A DNA stretch of 64,000 bases from Dimorphilus gyrociliatus (GCA_904063045.1 CAJFCJ010000029.1:186001-250000); one strand, 5' to 3'; shown: positions 1 to 14,700, counted from the stretch's first letter. A program made the numbers and translations. Notes: a model not told the origin generated them from the letters alone.

Positions 1-1975
1 TTAAAATTGGCTTTGAAAAACAAAAACATCGTCTAAGTTTAGTAATAGAAAGCTCTAAATGATCTCTCTTCCGCTAAAAAAAGAAGTCAACATCATATTT
101 TTGACCCTAAATGAAGACATAGACAGATAATCTGATCTGATAAGTTACTATTTGCCTGAAAAATTCGGTAGAAATCTCTTATCCTTATGAAAAAAGATGA
201 TGGAAATTACTACTTTTTGTCGACTATTTTTATATTCTCCTCCTAAAATTCTATGGAAAATGAATAAACTTGATATAATACTTAATAAATAAACGATAAA
301 AGAGATTTTTGATAGAATAAGTATTCATCCTGTCCCAAATCTATCTGTCGATGTCTCTCTCTCTCTCTCTCTCTCTATCTGTCCCTTCTTCTCACGACCT
401 CTATCTTTTTTTCTAGCTTGGAAAATAGAAGAAAAAAGGACAGAGAATAAGTTTAGTAGAATATCTTGAATGTTTCTTACAGATAAAAAGGAACATTTCC
501 AGTAGGATTTGCCGAGTTCTTAGATTATAGGAGACGGATGACACGCAGCGACGCTATGTTTTCTTTAAGTAAAATAAGAGAAAACAGGGATTTATATCCT
601 TAATACTCTTACAACAAAAATATTACATTCCTTTAGTCAGATAAAAGGGATATTTTTTCTAATACAGAATTGAAACTTCAATTAAGACTTTAAAACTTAT
701 AAATTACCTTTCCATTTCCCTTATTTAATTTGCATAGAAGATATAAATTACAGTTTAATAGAGAATAAACTGACGTGAATACAATTTTAAACAAATTTCT
801 AATAAAATAAGAATAATAAGTTTCTGTGAAAAATTAGGCTTTTTATTTTATAGAATTCGTGAGAAAATGATGAAAAGCAGGTGTCGCTTTTTCCATTGAA
901 AAAGCCTGGAGAGGTGAGGGGGAAAAATGACTTCTTATCTTTATTCATACTTTTAAATGGCCTCTCTATTTTCAATAAATATCAATTGAATGCATTAAAA
1001 GTCGTTGAAAGGGATATTGTATTAAAGAACTTTGACCTAAGGCTCAAACACTTTTACTCTTAAGCTATCTTTTGTAGTTTCAAATTACTTCCAATTTCGA
1101 TTCCCTGAAGAATTATAAGGTCATGTTGAAATCCCGCTCTTCTTTTATATTCAATAAAACATTGTGGACGAACAATATTTTACGAACGCGGACAATTTGT
1201 CAGAAGATTATTTTTATCTATTCATTATTATTCCCATTCTCATTTTTATTATTTCTCCTAAGTTTGTATCGCTAGGCGTTACAAACTGTTGATTGATAGA
1301 GCGGAAATTGTTTGTACGTAACGCATACTCTGCTTCTATCTGTTATCCTGATAAGTTAGGCAATTTTCAGAGACTGCTAACAAAAATAGAAAACCACGAT
1401 AGATGTCGTATACAAGGTTAAAGCTATATATCACTAGACGGCGTAAGTAAACGCCATGATCTTCCCTTTAATTTTAGTTAGGTCATGAATTACGGTCTAT
1501 CTCAATTATTTCTTAATAAAAACATATATCCAGAACGATGAATGCATACAATTCTCTTTTAATTTTCTTTGACCTTGAAAATCTTCCAGTATTGACAGAT
1601 TGAAAAAAACTGGAAAGATTTAATAAGTGAAAAATTCTGTATAAAGCTGTAGATGTAGGCAATTTTGTAACAGGAAAGAATAAAAAAACAAAATGAATGG
1701 TTATTAATTAAAAGAATGCTCAAGTGTAACAATCTAAAAATATTAAACATATAAAATATATCAATATATCTTTGGTATATATATATATATATCAGTATAT
1801 ATACAGTATATATATTACGCAGATTATGTATACAACGTATAAAAAGTCGCTATATAGTGTAAACAGAGCGTACTATATTCCAAAGTATTCCTTACCAAAA
1901 ATAAAAATATCTCAATTTAAATAATTAATCTATGCGGAAAACTGGAGAAAGTTTGGTATACAAGCATATATACAG

Positions 1976-2009
<34 letters not shown>

Positions 2010-2936
2010 TATTTATAACTTTACTTTTTATAAGGGCTGGAAAATAAGATAAACTGTATTCTATAGGCCTATATAAAGTATTAGGAATGGTAGAGTAGGG
2101 AAGAATAGACTAGGGCGATAGGACATATTAGAGATTCCTAACACGTTTTCACTATATGCTAACGCTCATTACATAGCAATAACTGATAAATAGGTACTTT
2201 TTGAGTGGTCTTTAAAAATAAACAAGCTATAAAGTTTGAAAACTTTGGGCTTGCACTATTTATTTTTACTGATTAGTAAAAAGAAAGTGCTTATATTATC
2301 CTAGTGAAAATTCCCATTTAGTCTTATAAAGTTTTTTCATTTGATGGAACAAAGCTGACCGACAGGCAACAATTTCTTCTCACGAATTATAGACCGGCTT
2401 TAAATTAACGTGGAGAAGAAAGCGGGCGGAAAAAAGTTGGCTTGCGGTCAAAATTCGACTCACGTTTGAAAACACTTGAGGCAAGAAAGTGAAAGCAAAC
2501 ACGTCAACGTGGCCAGGAACAGATTGAGTTGAATAGGAAAAAAAATTCCAAAAAAGATGATGTAAAATCAATGAAAAGAGTTAAAGTATCAAGGAAGAGG
2601 GGCTCGAAAGGGAACGTTTGGCAGGGGTCGCTGTCGAGAAAGACTCAATCAGATGGGTCATTGAGCCTTGTCAACCGACATTAAACGGATTAGTTATTCG
2701 CCGACGAAAAGTTGCGTGTTTTGCCTCTTCTCTCGACAAACGCCATTACGGCTTCTGCTTTCGTCAAGAAATGTTTTGACTGTGGATAAAGGCGGCCCGA
2801 TTAACCGCCTTATCTACTCTATATGATAAATTGGTCGATTTCAAAGTTGCAATCGGTCGGAATCCCGATGTAATTTAGTAAGAAAGTCGACTTCGGAATT
2901 CCGTGGACGATCGTTAATTGGCTTAAAAACGCCGTA

Positions 2937-5900
2937 ATGGTCTGTAGACGGAGGTTTCTCCTCTCATTAAGTATAGTTTTATTTGTATACGTTTTGCAAT
3001 TATTGGCTACCGAATCTCCGGTTTTGCCGGATGAGCAACGTCTTCTCGATAAACTCTTTCGAACTTACGATAATAGCGTTCGACCAGTTTACAATTCTAC
3101 TCGAAATGTTGAAGTCGGTTTCGGTATAAATCTAATCCAAATTATGGATATGGTATGTAAATATTAGCTTTTTCCTTTGATCCCTTTTTCTTCTTTTCTT
3201 TATTTTGCATGAGTATACTGTATATCTTGCAACAAGTCTCTCTTGTGTATCATTTGAATTCAACCATAGAATACAATTGATGGTGATACTGGTAGGTTTA
3301 TTATAAATAAGTGATATTTTTAATATGTACAGCAAGATCAATAAATATTAAGTATTATAAATAAGAAGTAATCTATAAAGCATAAAGAATTCGTAATTAA
3401 AGCGAACGTATATTGATTTCATTACTCTTTGTTATCTCTCAAGAAATTGGAAAGGAACTAAGGGTGCTGTCTTCTTCCCAAAAACGCTACAATATTGCAG
3501 TTTAGAGTGTACTTTTTTTTTCAATTTTCTCACAGACTGCATTTGCAGTATCTTTAGCGAATAGTGCGGAAAATTGAAAGAAATTAATACAACTATTGAA
3601 AAGAAGGGATAAAAAATAATTTGCGGAAAGAAGAATAAGAAAGAATATAACTATTTTTTATAACTTTCGTCCTTGGTGAATGATTCATATTTTTCTCTTT
3701 TTCTTGATTGCATGGCCTTGCTTGTGACTATGATATAGAGAAATTTGATCCCTAGTCTCTCTTCTTTCGTTCATAAGGGAATTATAAGTTACAAATCCAT
3801 TCTGGATTCTAAGGCAATTGACCATGTCATGATACTACTTTGCTATTTTTTCATTTTCATTCAAAAATGCTCTTTAAGCGAATTAATCAATAAGTTTTAC
3901 TGATATAAAGAATATTAGTATAGAAACCTAACGGATAAATGCATAAAGTTTCAGGTAATCATTATCGCTGCTGGGAGTCGTAACTTTCTCGTATAATCTT
4001 GCTTGGGTGCAACAGTGTAATCTGCATTAATTAATGGCATACTATTCGAATCTTGAATAATTTTTTCCGCTAATACAACATTTTTCCCTCCCTTAGCGTG
4101 GAAATGCAGCTAATGTTAAACGTTCGATTAAACAATTAGAGGGAATTAATCAGTTTATGGTTTTATATTAAGGGATAACTAGATTAATCTCTCACGTCTC
4201 ATTAAGTTCAATTTAATACAGAATCACAATTTTAGATTTGAAAGTAAGGAAATTAAGATTAGTGGATTCCAGCTCAGTTTTCGGTCCCTTGTATGTCTCA
4301 GCTAAGAGAAGATAAATATAAACATTTATATATATAAGTACGCATATACTGTATTACTATATATATATATCTAAAGTATACATAGGAAAGATGAGAATGT
4401 CGCAATCTGCCTTTAACAGAATTATTTTTGGCAACTGCAAATCAATTTTGTTACAATCAAAATTTGAAATCTTATACGAAAATTTGGGTTCTCTTATAAC
4501 GACGTCACATTCTGTAAATGCTTGTCAACATTCATTTCCGTTCGTTACTACTCTTCTCATTTAAGCAACTAGGAATCATAGTATATATAGAGAAATGAGA
4601 TATGGGTTTTCATTTAGAAAGATAACAACAATAGATGAAGGTTGCAGACGGTGGCCATTTGTTTCAACTGCAATGCGATTATACTCGACCGCCGCCAACT
4701 GATTACTATCTTATTCCTTTTCCCTTCCCGTATAATTCGAGTTTAAATAGCGGAATCTGTAATGGCAGTTTCCTTTTTTGAACTTGGTTCAATTAATGTT
4801 TGCCTCTGACGATACGCCCCGATTCTTCAATAATGTCGCTAGCAATGATAGATTAGCTCAGAAATTTTTCCCATCCCTAAAGCTCATCAATAATTTAACG
4901 CACGTTTGGTTAGAATCGAATTCTTTTGAGATTTTATTCCATTCTTTTTTGTTTGCGTAATAGGACGAGAAAAATCAAGTGCTAGTCACGAATGTTTGGT
5001 TGGAGCACGAATGGGTTGATGAACGCATTGGGTGGTTTCCTGAAGAATTCGGTGGCTTGAAAATCATCAGAATTCCTTCATCTAAACTTTGGCTTCCCGA
5101 TATAGTATTATATAATAAGTAAGAGCTCAAAGCATTACTTTTATTTATATATATAGTTTATATATTTAGGAAGTATAGATAAACTTTTCTATTTTTTATT
5201 ACTTAGCGCCGATGACTTTACAAACGGATATATGCCAAGCAACGCTATGGTTTGTATTTAAAAAGAAAACATTATCTTCCCCCAGTCCCTTTCCTTTTCA
5301 CTTTAACTTTTCTCAATTTCTCTCCAGCACGAACCGCCAATAGAAAACTAAATTAACAAAAAAAAAAAGATAATTTAACAGTAGTAGCTCAATTATTATT
5401 CTTTTGCCCGGTTAAGATTTTAAAAGCAGTAATTATTCAAATGTAAATAAATGCAAAAGAACTAATTCAATTGAAAATTTTTATGAGGGAGCATAAATTT
5501 TTTTTATTATATTCATGCTTAGATAAGTTCTTTTATTTAATTTTTATATATTATAAATATAAAATATAGTATAAAGTTTTTTGTCTATATAGTTATTACT
5601 CTTAAAATTAACTTTCAATCGAACTTTTTAACTAATTTAATTACGTAATAAAATAATGTCTAATTTACTTATTCGATAACACGTTAAATATCAAAAAAAT
5701 GAAAAAAAAAGTCATTTTAGCTAAGTTATTTTTTTCTTGGAATTCTAATTTCAATTATTTATATCAACTTTAACATTTACTTACTTTCTACGCCTAAGTG
5801 CTTCACAGCCCAAACCGATGTGATTACAATAACTTACACCCCCTTCCTCATTTAGGCCTAAGAGGTCTAATATATATATTTTTAAGTAAATATATCAATT

Positions 5901-8900
5901 ATAACAATTAGCTTCTACACTAATGAATGATTATTTTTGTAATAAAGAGTAGTAGCTACCTGACAACCCTTGATCATACTAAATTAATTTGTGTATATAA
6001 CTCTACATATTGTTAAAGACATCTATTTTCCACACTCTTTTCGTTCCAAAGGAAAAAAATAACATAAAGGAAATTAGAATAAAAAGATATGCATTATTTA
6101 TCATAATTTATTCATACTATTTCGATTCCTTTTAGTTTTATTAAAAATAGATTATATTAGTATTAGAAAGTAAAAAAAAATAAATATATAAATTCAAATT
6201 ATAGAGATCGTTCATTAGTTGGATAGTTAGTTTTAGTTAGTTACTCAAATTTTATCTAATTATTGATGACGACTGCAATAATTTAAATTTCAACTTACTT
6301 CACTCTTTTCTTAACCTCCCTCCCTCCTTCTCTCTCTCTCTCTCTCTCTCTCTGTCTCACTCTCTGTCTCTTTCTCTTTTTTTCCTTCTTTTCTTTTTAT
6401 TTATCCTCCTCTTCCTCTGTATATCTGTCTCTTGGTAATAGAGTGCTTTAATTTGATTTCCATTTTTAAGAACAAAGAGAATGAATTAGAAAAAGTAATA
6501 TTGCTGAAATAGAAAAATATGTAAAAGATTCGTGACAAATGTATTACATTAAAAATTCTATCTATTTACATATAATTAATTAATTTTAAGGTAAAAAAAA
6601 AAAGGTATATCTAGTTGTCATATATGCAGTATATCCTTGTTTTAATAATATTAATTCAGAATTGGCATTTTTTAATAAATAAGTCTATTAAATTTAATAA
6701 TGTTAAATTAAATTTTTCTAATTTAAACGTTTTATATATCTGTCTATAATACAGTAGATATTTAGAGTCTATCTAAGATATAAAATAAAAAAAGCGTCTC
6801 TTTACTAACACTTTTTCTTTTTCTTTTACCATTAATTAAGTAAAGACTTTTTTGGTTTTGTTTTTACATCTTGAAAAGAAAACTAATAGAGGAATGTTAT
6901 CTGTATAAAAATAACAATGAAAGGTAGATTAATTATATTAACTCTTCTTACTGCTTATATACTGTATTTTGCTACTTATGACGCATTATAACGCGTCTAG
7001 AAAAGGATAGAAAGAAAATCCATTCAGTAAATTTCTCTTATAGGTAAAATAGTATTATAGAATGATATATCTAATACTGCTTTAGTAGTAATTTTTCTTT
7101 AAAATAAGATTTTAGGCTTAAATATAGCATGACTTATAAATATGATACAATAAGTATAGATATTATTTTTAAGTTAGTTTTCTGCTTTTCGTATCAGGAA
7201 TCGATTTTCAACCCAACAAGATTATTCTTACTAAGAAACAAAAGATATTCCTTAGAGGTCTTAAACGTTACTGAAATTTGCTTACTCAGCAAAAAACATA
7301 TCCCAATGATATTTCTGTTACTATTTTGTTGGAATGGGATAGAGAAAAGAGAGAATAAATATTACTTTCTGTAAGCAACTCGTGGAAAAAATGTTTCTAA
7401 TAAGATTTACATTAGAGATTCTTGCCTCTGGTTAAGCATATCCTATTTTAGATTTTGAAAAAAAAGAAACACAGTGAAAAAGAGAAAATGGAATTAACCA
7501 TAAAATGTAATCTATTAATGTATTAACACAGTAATAGACGCTTGTACCCTTAAAATAGGCAATTTCTTTTTTTATTATTTAAAAGTTTTCCTTTGTCTAT
7601 ACAGTGTTTTGTAATTAAAAGTGAAATTATAATGATAATTTACATACTGTATACTCTGGCAAATGAGATTTAAGTTTTATACATTTTAATTGTAATACTT
7701 TCAATAAAGTTTATAATGTCTACGACTGGCAGGTTCATTCGAATGGAAAGATATTTTGGAGTCCTCCCGCTCGTCTACGGAGCAGCTGTAAAGTGGATAC
7801 AACATATTTTCCATTTGATGAGCAAGTTTGTGTTTTCTAGCCTAAAATCCCTCCAGATTTATCTCATTCTCTTCTAATGAATGGGAAAAACATTTTCACA
7901 TAATCTTTATCCCCTTTAAGTCTTTTTATTTAAATGTTTTTAATCCGTATTTGCGATCTTTTCTTATCAGACTTGCTCCTTAAAATTTGGCAGCTGGACT
8001 TATGATCAGGCTCAAGTGGATCTTGTGAATAAGAGTAACGCCGTAGATATATCCAACTACATATCTAACGGTGAATGGCAGTTGTTGAAAGCTCGAATAC
8101 GTCGAAACGAAGTTATCTACCCGATTTCACCCGCCGTTTACCCGGACATAACTGTGTCGTTCGTGATTAAGCGTCGTATATTGTACTACATTATAAACAT
8201 AATCTTTCCCTGCGTTTGGCTCAATATACTGTCCCTATTAGCCTTTTGTTTACCGCCCGATGCTGGAGAGAAGATCACACTAGGAATAACCGTCCTGCTT
8301 TCGTATTCCGTATTTATGCTTTTGGTCGCCGAAAATATGCCGCCCACTTCCGAATTCGTGCCTTTGGTCGGTAAGTGTAATAAGTTGGATAAAAGGCTTT
8401 CAGGATATTATGGCATAAAAAATAAATTTATAAATACATAAAAATTTATAGGAAAAACCTTTAGATAGATTTCTCAGTGCAATGAAAATTACGGCAATAC
8501 TATGTACGTCGTACGGCTGGCTTGCCAATTACATTATCTATTAATATACAGTATTTAGATTGATATATCTATAAACTAAAATATTCCATAACTCTACTAA
8601 CTGCTTATATATTTACCCAATTTATACATTAATCTATAATATCAAATATACCGTAAATATTAATTATGTTCAGAATACAATAAATGATGCATTTTAAATA
8701 GATAAAGTATTAGGTTAAGTGTCTTTACTTGTTTAATACAAATATTTATTATTTAATTTATTTCTTTTATATATACAGGCATTTACATAACAGTATCCAT
8801 GGCTGTCACCTCTATATCAGTTATTTTAACTGTGGCTGTATTAAAATTACACCATTGCGGTCCTAAGCAACGCCCAGTTCCAGAATGGGTTAGAACTTTT

Positions 8901-9344
8901 GTGTTGTATCGACTAGCAAGACTACTCGGTTGCAAATGCGACACGACCTGCTGTTATTCAGATAGGAAACGGAAGCCTAAAAGACCCAGGAATGAGAATG
9001 CTGATGTTTGTCTGAGATTGATGAACGAATCCAGGACTAGTCCCGTGGCGGAATTACGTAGCGTTCGACAAAAGAATGCAGAAATACCGAATGGGGACGC
9101 TATGAAGCGCATTGGTCTTTTAGAAGATATATTAAAGTATTTGCAAATTCTTGTTGCCAAACGGGACGAAGATGATGAGGAAGAGGAACTTATTAACGAA
9201 TGGCAGGCTGTTGCACATATCTGCGATAAATTACTCTTTATACTTTTCCTCACCTGCACCATCCTTGTAACTTTACTTTTAATGATATTTATTCCTCTTA
9301 TGCAAAATATCAAGAACCGTCGACCGGATGATTTGTACTTATAA
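2937..9344 (+). CDS. Nicotinic acetylcholine receptor subunit (Cys-loop ligand-gated cation channel), non-alpha type, about 490 aa, 6 exons
   Basis: Exons 2937-3152, 4964-5118, 5207-5249, 7733-7825, 7971-8370, 8779-9344; all GT-AG and phase-consistent (1473 nt). Signal peptide, VRPV motif, [10 protein letters not shown] (loop A), Cys-loop [21 protein letters not shown] (loop B), TM1-TM3 with [12 protein letters not shown] in M2, TM4 after [12 protein letters not shown]. Loop C reads [12 protein letters not shown], with no vicinal CC. Confidence 0.95.
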
Positions 9345-9630
9345 TATATAGAAATATGTATATTTTGCAGTAATATAACATATACATGTATATATATGTA
9401 TATATGCATATATATATCTATATATATATATATATACATTAATATGATAAAAATACGGCAGCCACAAAGACGTGGCGCCATCTGTGGTTTCGTTATACAG
9501 TAACGAGTTTTCAACTGACGGGAAAAAGTAAAAGGAATAAACAATAAGTTTTTTTTGAGACAAACTAAGCACGTTTCTACTTTTTTACGACGTAAATCGA
9601 CGCGACATAGATATATAGGCCTAGAGCTTA

Positions 9631-11722
9631 TTATTTCCCAAAATCTTTCCTTAAGGGTATCATTCGGCACTCGCAGCCGATTGGTATCCGAATGGCGTGC
9701 AAAGCTACATTATTGTGAGGAGATAGGTGGGCTGGCCATCCAGCTGCGTACTGGTAGGTATACTGTTGCACACATCTAGATCTGTCCTGGATGCGTTTCT
9801 CGATGAATCGGCACGGCTTATTCTTGTAGAGGTTCCAGCATTTTGTCAAGTAAAAGTGCTGACCTGGTACTAACTTTATAAGCATACCATGCATGTCTAC
9901 CGCGTCTCTCAGATGCTCCTTCCTCATATAAGTTGGACAACATTGATATTTTTGAACTTCTTTGTCTACTTCGAAAATACCTTGATACTTTAGGTCGTAG
10001 GGTTCTTGGCGCTTCACCAAAGCTGCTTCTTGCCTGTATTTGCCATTTTAAAGACGTCTAAATATTTTCCTAGAAAAGCTACGACTTATTATTATAAATA
10101 GTACCTATTTATATGAATTAAAACACACGATACCTCATAATCTGTTATTTATATATGAATGCCTATATAGATATATATAAATCTATATATAAATAAGAAT
10201 ATAGATTTATATGTATTTATATAATTTCTTAAGGAATACAATTTTTTCTGGTTATCTTGACTTCTATAATATCTGAACTTGAAGGTGTTTTTAGCGTGTA
10301 AATAATCTGTCACTCAGACTTTGCTATCAATCTCTTTTTTTTTCTTGCCAGTATGTAAAAGGAAAACAAGAGATGAAAAGAGGGAAAGGTACAAATTAAT
10401 CCGTTCTATTTAAATTAAAGTAGAGTAAAAATAAAACTATTGAACTTTTTTAGTCATGCAATGAAACATCTTTAGTTAATTAACCTTTCGCCGTTTAGCA
10501 AGTTTTAGTTTTACCTAAACCAATAAATGTAGATTTTATAGTTAAACTGCTGACATAAATCAAAGTATCATTTGACTACTTGTGTTTCTCTAATAAGTAT
10601 TTTTTTACATGTAAGTAAATCTATTAAGGACCGGGGGACGTACGTTAAAATCCGAATATAGAATTACTTTCTAGTATCTTTCTAATTATAAATGTTATAA
10701 AACAGCGAAAAGATTAAGTGATATGCTCTTTTCGCGCTCTTCTTTAATTAATACAAAAAGTCTGCCTACGTCTTATTGATAAATTTTAGTATTCTTACTT
10801 ATTTTCGATATTGAACAGCTTGTGAAGTCTTTTGTTAAGGGATTGGAACGTGCTTTCGCATCCTACGAGGTGGCAGCACCAAACGGTAATAAGTAATATC
10901 TGTAAAAAAGTCAAAATTTTTATTAGGCATCGTCTGATTTACAACTGTTCCCTTTATTAGTTATATCCTTTCCATAAATATCGGTGAAAGATCACGATAA
11001 AACACCGCCGGGTCTGTATCATGATCCTGCAAACTCGTTTGATGATATGGAACAAAAAAAAAAACAAAGTGATCTGCGCCCGATAATCTACTTAATTTAC
11101 ATAATAAGAATACTATATATATCAAGTACAGTTCGCTCTTCTACATAACAGAATTAGCGCGTAAAAGCCTCTTAGCGTCTATTTACGGAATAGTGTTCAA
11201 CCTAATTCTCGTCAAATTCAAAATCAGGGGTACAGTAATGAGTTAAGGGATTGAATAAAATATTCGCTGAGTTTGCAGTTCTATCTAATTGAATTTTTAT
11301 GTCTAGCAATCTGTTGAACGCGTTCCATGCGGCGTTGTTAAGCTGCGCATAAAATTTTTACTCATGTTTTATACAGTATCCGGAAAGAACGCTTCAGAGT
11401 AAATTTATATAATTTACTAATAGATAGCGAGTTATAGAAACGGTGAATATATAGATTTGATGGTAATTTTTAGAAAAAGAAAATACATTTTAATAAAACC
11501 CATAATACTTTCGTTAAAAGAAACTAGAAGAAAAAATAACTAACATAAACATTATGAAAGATTTTTAATGCAAAAGTCAAATGACCAAAAAATAAAAAAA
11601 AGAATTAATAAAAACTTTATACAGGAGTCTGAAAATGATATTTAATGTCTGCTTATATTACTTATTAAAGTAAATTAGTAACATACCGTATAAACCAACA
11701 ACAGCTTCAGCGTCGAGTTCAT
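9631..11722 (-). CDS. Secreted Spaetzle/neurotrophin-like cystine-knot protein, about 179 aa, 3 exons
   Basis: Exons 11722-11687 (MNSTLKLLLVYT), 10899-10799 (ILLITVWCCHLVGCES..., completes a signal peptide) and 10033-9631. Dibasic KR site precedes a domain with CC, C, C, CVQQY...IRIPIGCEC, i.e. 7 Cys in a Spaetzle-type C-x-Q...P-x-x-C-x-C pattern. The last acceptor is ambiguous (see findings). Confidence 0.75.
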
Positions 11723-14700
11723 AGGGTTAGCGAACATTCGGAAGACTAGCAAGCAATGAAAAGTCTGCAAAGTGAAACATTACGGAACATGCTTCTCCCT
11801 CCTGTGTAGGCGTCTATTAATACGTCATAAACGCTTTTGCTACTAGGTGTCGCTTCTCAAAAGCGTAAAACACTTATGAAGATATTATAAATATATCTAT
11901 ATATGTATGTACTAGTATATATTTTGAATCAGTTTGGCATAAATGTACATAGTATAAACATATAGATAGATAGATATGCCTCCAAGAACAATTCATTAAA
12001 CGAAAGAAGGTTGATTTTAGTGAAATAATAAAAACCTTTAGATGCTAAGGAAGCCGCAATATTTGTGCCATCTCCTGTATTACAAATACATTGCCTATTG
12101 ATATAAATATATATATATATATATATTAAAGTTAAATATTTTGTATTAATAATTAAGTTACTATTTCGATTTTAGGTTAAAGAAGAATAGATATGAAAAT
12201 ATTCTCAAAATCTATTAATATTTCGTGAAAATGCATGGGTGTGCAATGCCACGTATGCTTATCATCAACATTTCTTTATTAATATATAAGGTACACATTT
12301 ATTAGAACAAAGTATGGATCTATGTATGATAAATTTATACAAAATACAATATACACATACTTACGTATTAATATACATATATATATATATATACATATAC
12401 ATGTATAATTATATATTAGAAATATGACTTACATACTAACAAATGTATATATCAATCTATATTATTTAATACATGTATATATATATATAATATATTTCGC
12501 ATAGTTGTTTTTGTGCAAAAGCGGTACATTCATTTCATACGTATTCAGTATTAATTGATCGTTGAGAAACTTTTCTCTCATATTGACGATAGAAACAAAA
12601 GCTCTTTAGTCCTTAAGGAATAATTGCAAGCAATAGGATTAGAGAAAAGACGAATGCTTTCCTATTAAAAGGCCTAAGTAAAGAGCATACAATTAACACG
12701 CTTGTATATCCACATTAGGTTTATGAGAAACACATATTTTCTATGAATGTATTTATAGACATCTGTATAATGTATATTGCATGTATTATCAATGCGTAAG
12801 CTATTCGTCCATCTATCGTTTAGTATAGGAGAGTGGCGTGATTTGGAAAAAACGCTTGTAACAACAGTATACTTAGTATATACATACATATAACGAAAGG
12901 TCGGTGGGATCTTACGTAAATTAAAAGGGCTGATATTTCATTAACGCAGTTTGTCAGGTGCATAAAAGTGAATGTCAGTTAGTAATTATTTTTAGTGCAA
13001 GGCTCTTTTCAATGGCCTATCCCAAAAAACAGAAGACGGTAAGTAAATAAAAATAGACAAGTAAATTGGCTTAATGATTCAATGAAACTGACGGTCCGTA
13101 AGGTAACGCCCCCGCTTTAATAATACATTAAGAAGTAGAAGATGTCGACAATATTTTCCCATTCAGCTAAGGCCTTTATGAATCAGATGTCGCATAAAAG
13201 TTTTATAATCGACATTCTATATTCGTAGCGAACGAAAGCCGGTTCTCTATCAATTATTTATATTTCATTATTCGTGATTCGTCATCGTTCTAGAAGGAAA
13301 AGTAGTTTGGACGAGAGCAAACAGCGAAGGCGCCTGATCAAACGGCAAGAAGAAAAAATACTGCTGACTCATCAATAATAACTGTGCTAGTTGGACTCCT
13401 AGTTAAAGAAACCATTTATTAAAATGACGTCAGTAATTTATGAACAGCGTTGATTTTTTTTCGGTATGTTCATGCTTAATTAACTCGGACTGTTGTTTGC
13501 TTAATGAAGCTAAGGGTCTCGAGGCTTTTCTTGTTTGCTATGTCTCTTGGGGAAGAAGAATAAACTATGGTCAAAGTACACGCTTCGAAACTGTATCGGT
13601 TCATGATAATTACATAGAATCTATAACAATATGTCAAAGGAGATAGAAAATTAGGATTCATTGTTTACTTTGACGTTTAAATTAGCCGTCTATTGATTCA
13701 ATTGATTATACGCGGACTTGTACCAACGTCTTCTTTATTCCTTACAAAATAAAATCATAGAATGTTACAATACTCGTTTAAAAATAATATTTACATATTT
13801 ACCGTAGAACAACATTACAAAAAATATTAAAAAAATAGTCATTATATGTCACCTAATCTCTTAAATTAATGAAAAAAACTGTATGTATTTCAAAAACTCG
13901 TTATAGTATATGATAATTCATGTTATTACTCCAATTATTGGAGTCCCTAAAGAATCAATTGCGTGAGTTACAAATTATTATTATCATATTGTGATATATT
14001 TATTATCATTTTTAGTAGCGTTACTATAAATAATCTTTATTATTAGTAATATTTGTACTGTTTTCCTATTCTTTATTATTTTCATTATATTCCCTTTCTT
14101 TTTTATTAGGAATGATAAATTTTTTTATTCCCGATGACGACGTCCTCCACGGACTTGATGTTAAGGATTAACGCCTTTATCATAATCACCATTATCATCC
14201 TCGTAGACTCTCTTGTCTCCATTGTTATCGTCTTCGTCCTTATACCGCAATAAAAAATTTTCAATGCAATAACAAGCGGTATTTTATATATATTGTATAA
14301 ATTTATATATACTGTTTATAAAACATTAGATGTATATTATATCGTATACTAGCTATATGAAAAACACACAATGAACACCAAACAGTATTATTTGCATATT
14401 ATAACCTTTGTGAGCAGGTTCCATTATATTTGTATGTTGACTTTTTAGAGCATTTCTTCAATTCTGTTGATTTTTTACATCTGCAAAAAGTTTGTAAATA
14501 AAGAATGATGCATATACTGTGAAATAAATTTAATGATATAACACAAGGACGCCTCAATAATGCTTTTTTTTTATTTATTTTTTTTTTTAACATACGTTTC
14601 CATACGGCGTCACTCATAACTCCATCATAAAAATTAGGCGTTAATGTTTGCTGGCACATTTAAATTAGCATTTTATTGATATAATCGATTTTAGAACAAA

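Noticed and set aside
4880-4920. NLTHVWLES peptide just upstream of nAChR exon 2, resembling its VTNVWLEH
   Set aside because: Short similarity only, with no matching splice sites or further homology; likely chance rather than a duplicated alternative exon.
8954-9670. 238-aa minus-strand ORF overlapping the nAChR 3-prime end
   Set aside because: Antisense shadow of the last nAChR exon extended through a TA microsatellite (YIYIYI); no domain.
14134-14253. 39-aa hydrophobic plus-strand sORF (MTTSSTDLMLRINAFIIITIIILV...) and its acidic minus-strand counterpart
   Set aside because: Both readings arise from a degenerate ATC/GTC triplet low-complexity tract; there are no convincing splice sites or start context.
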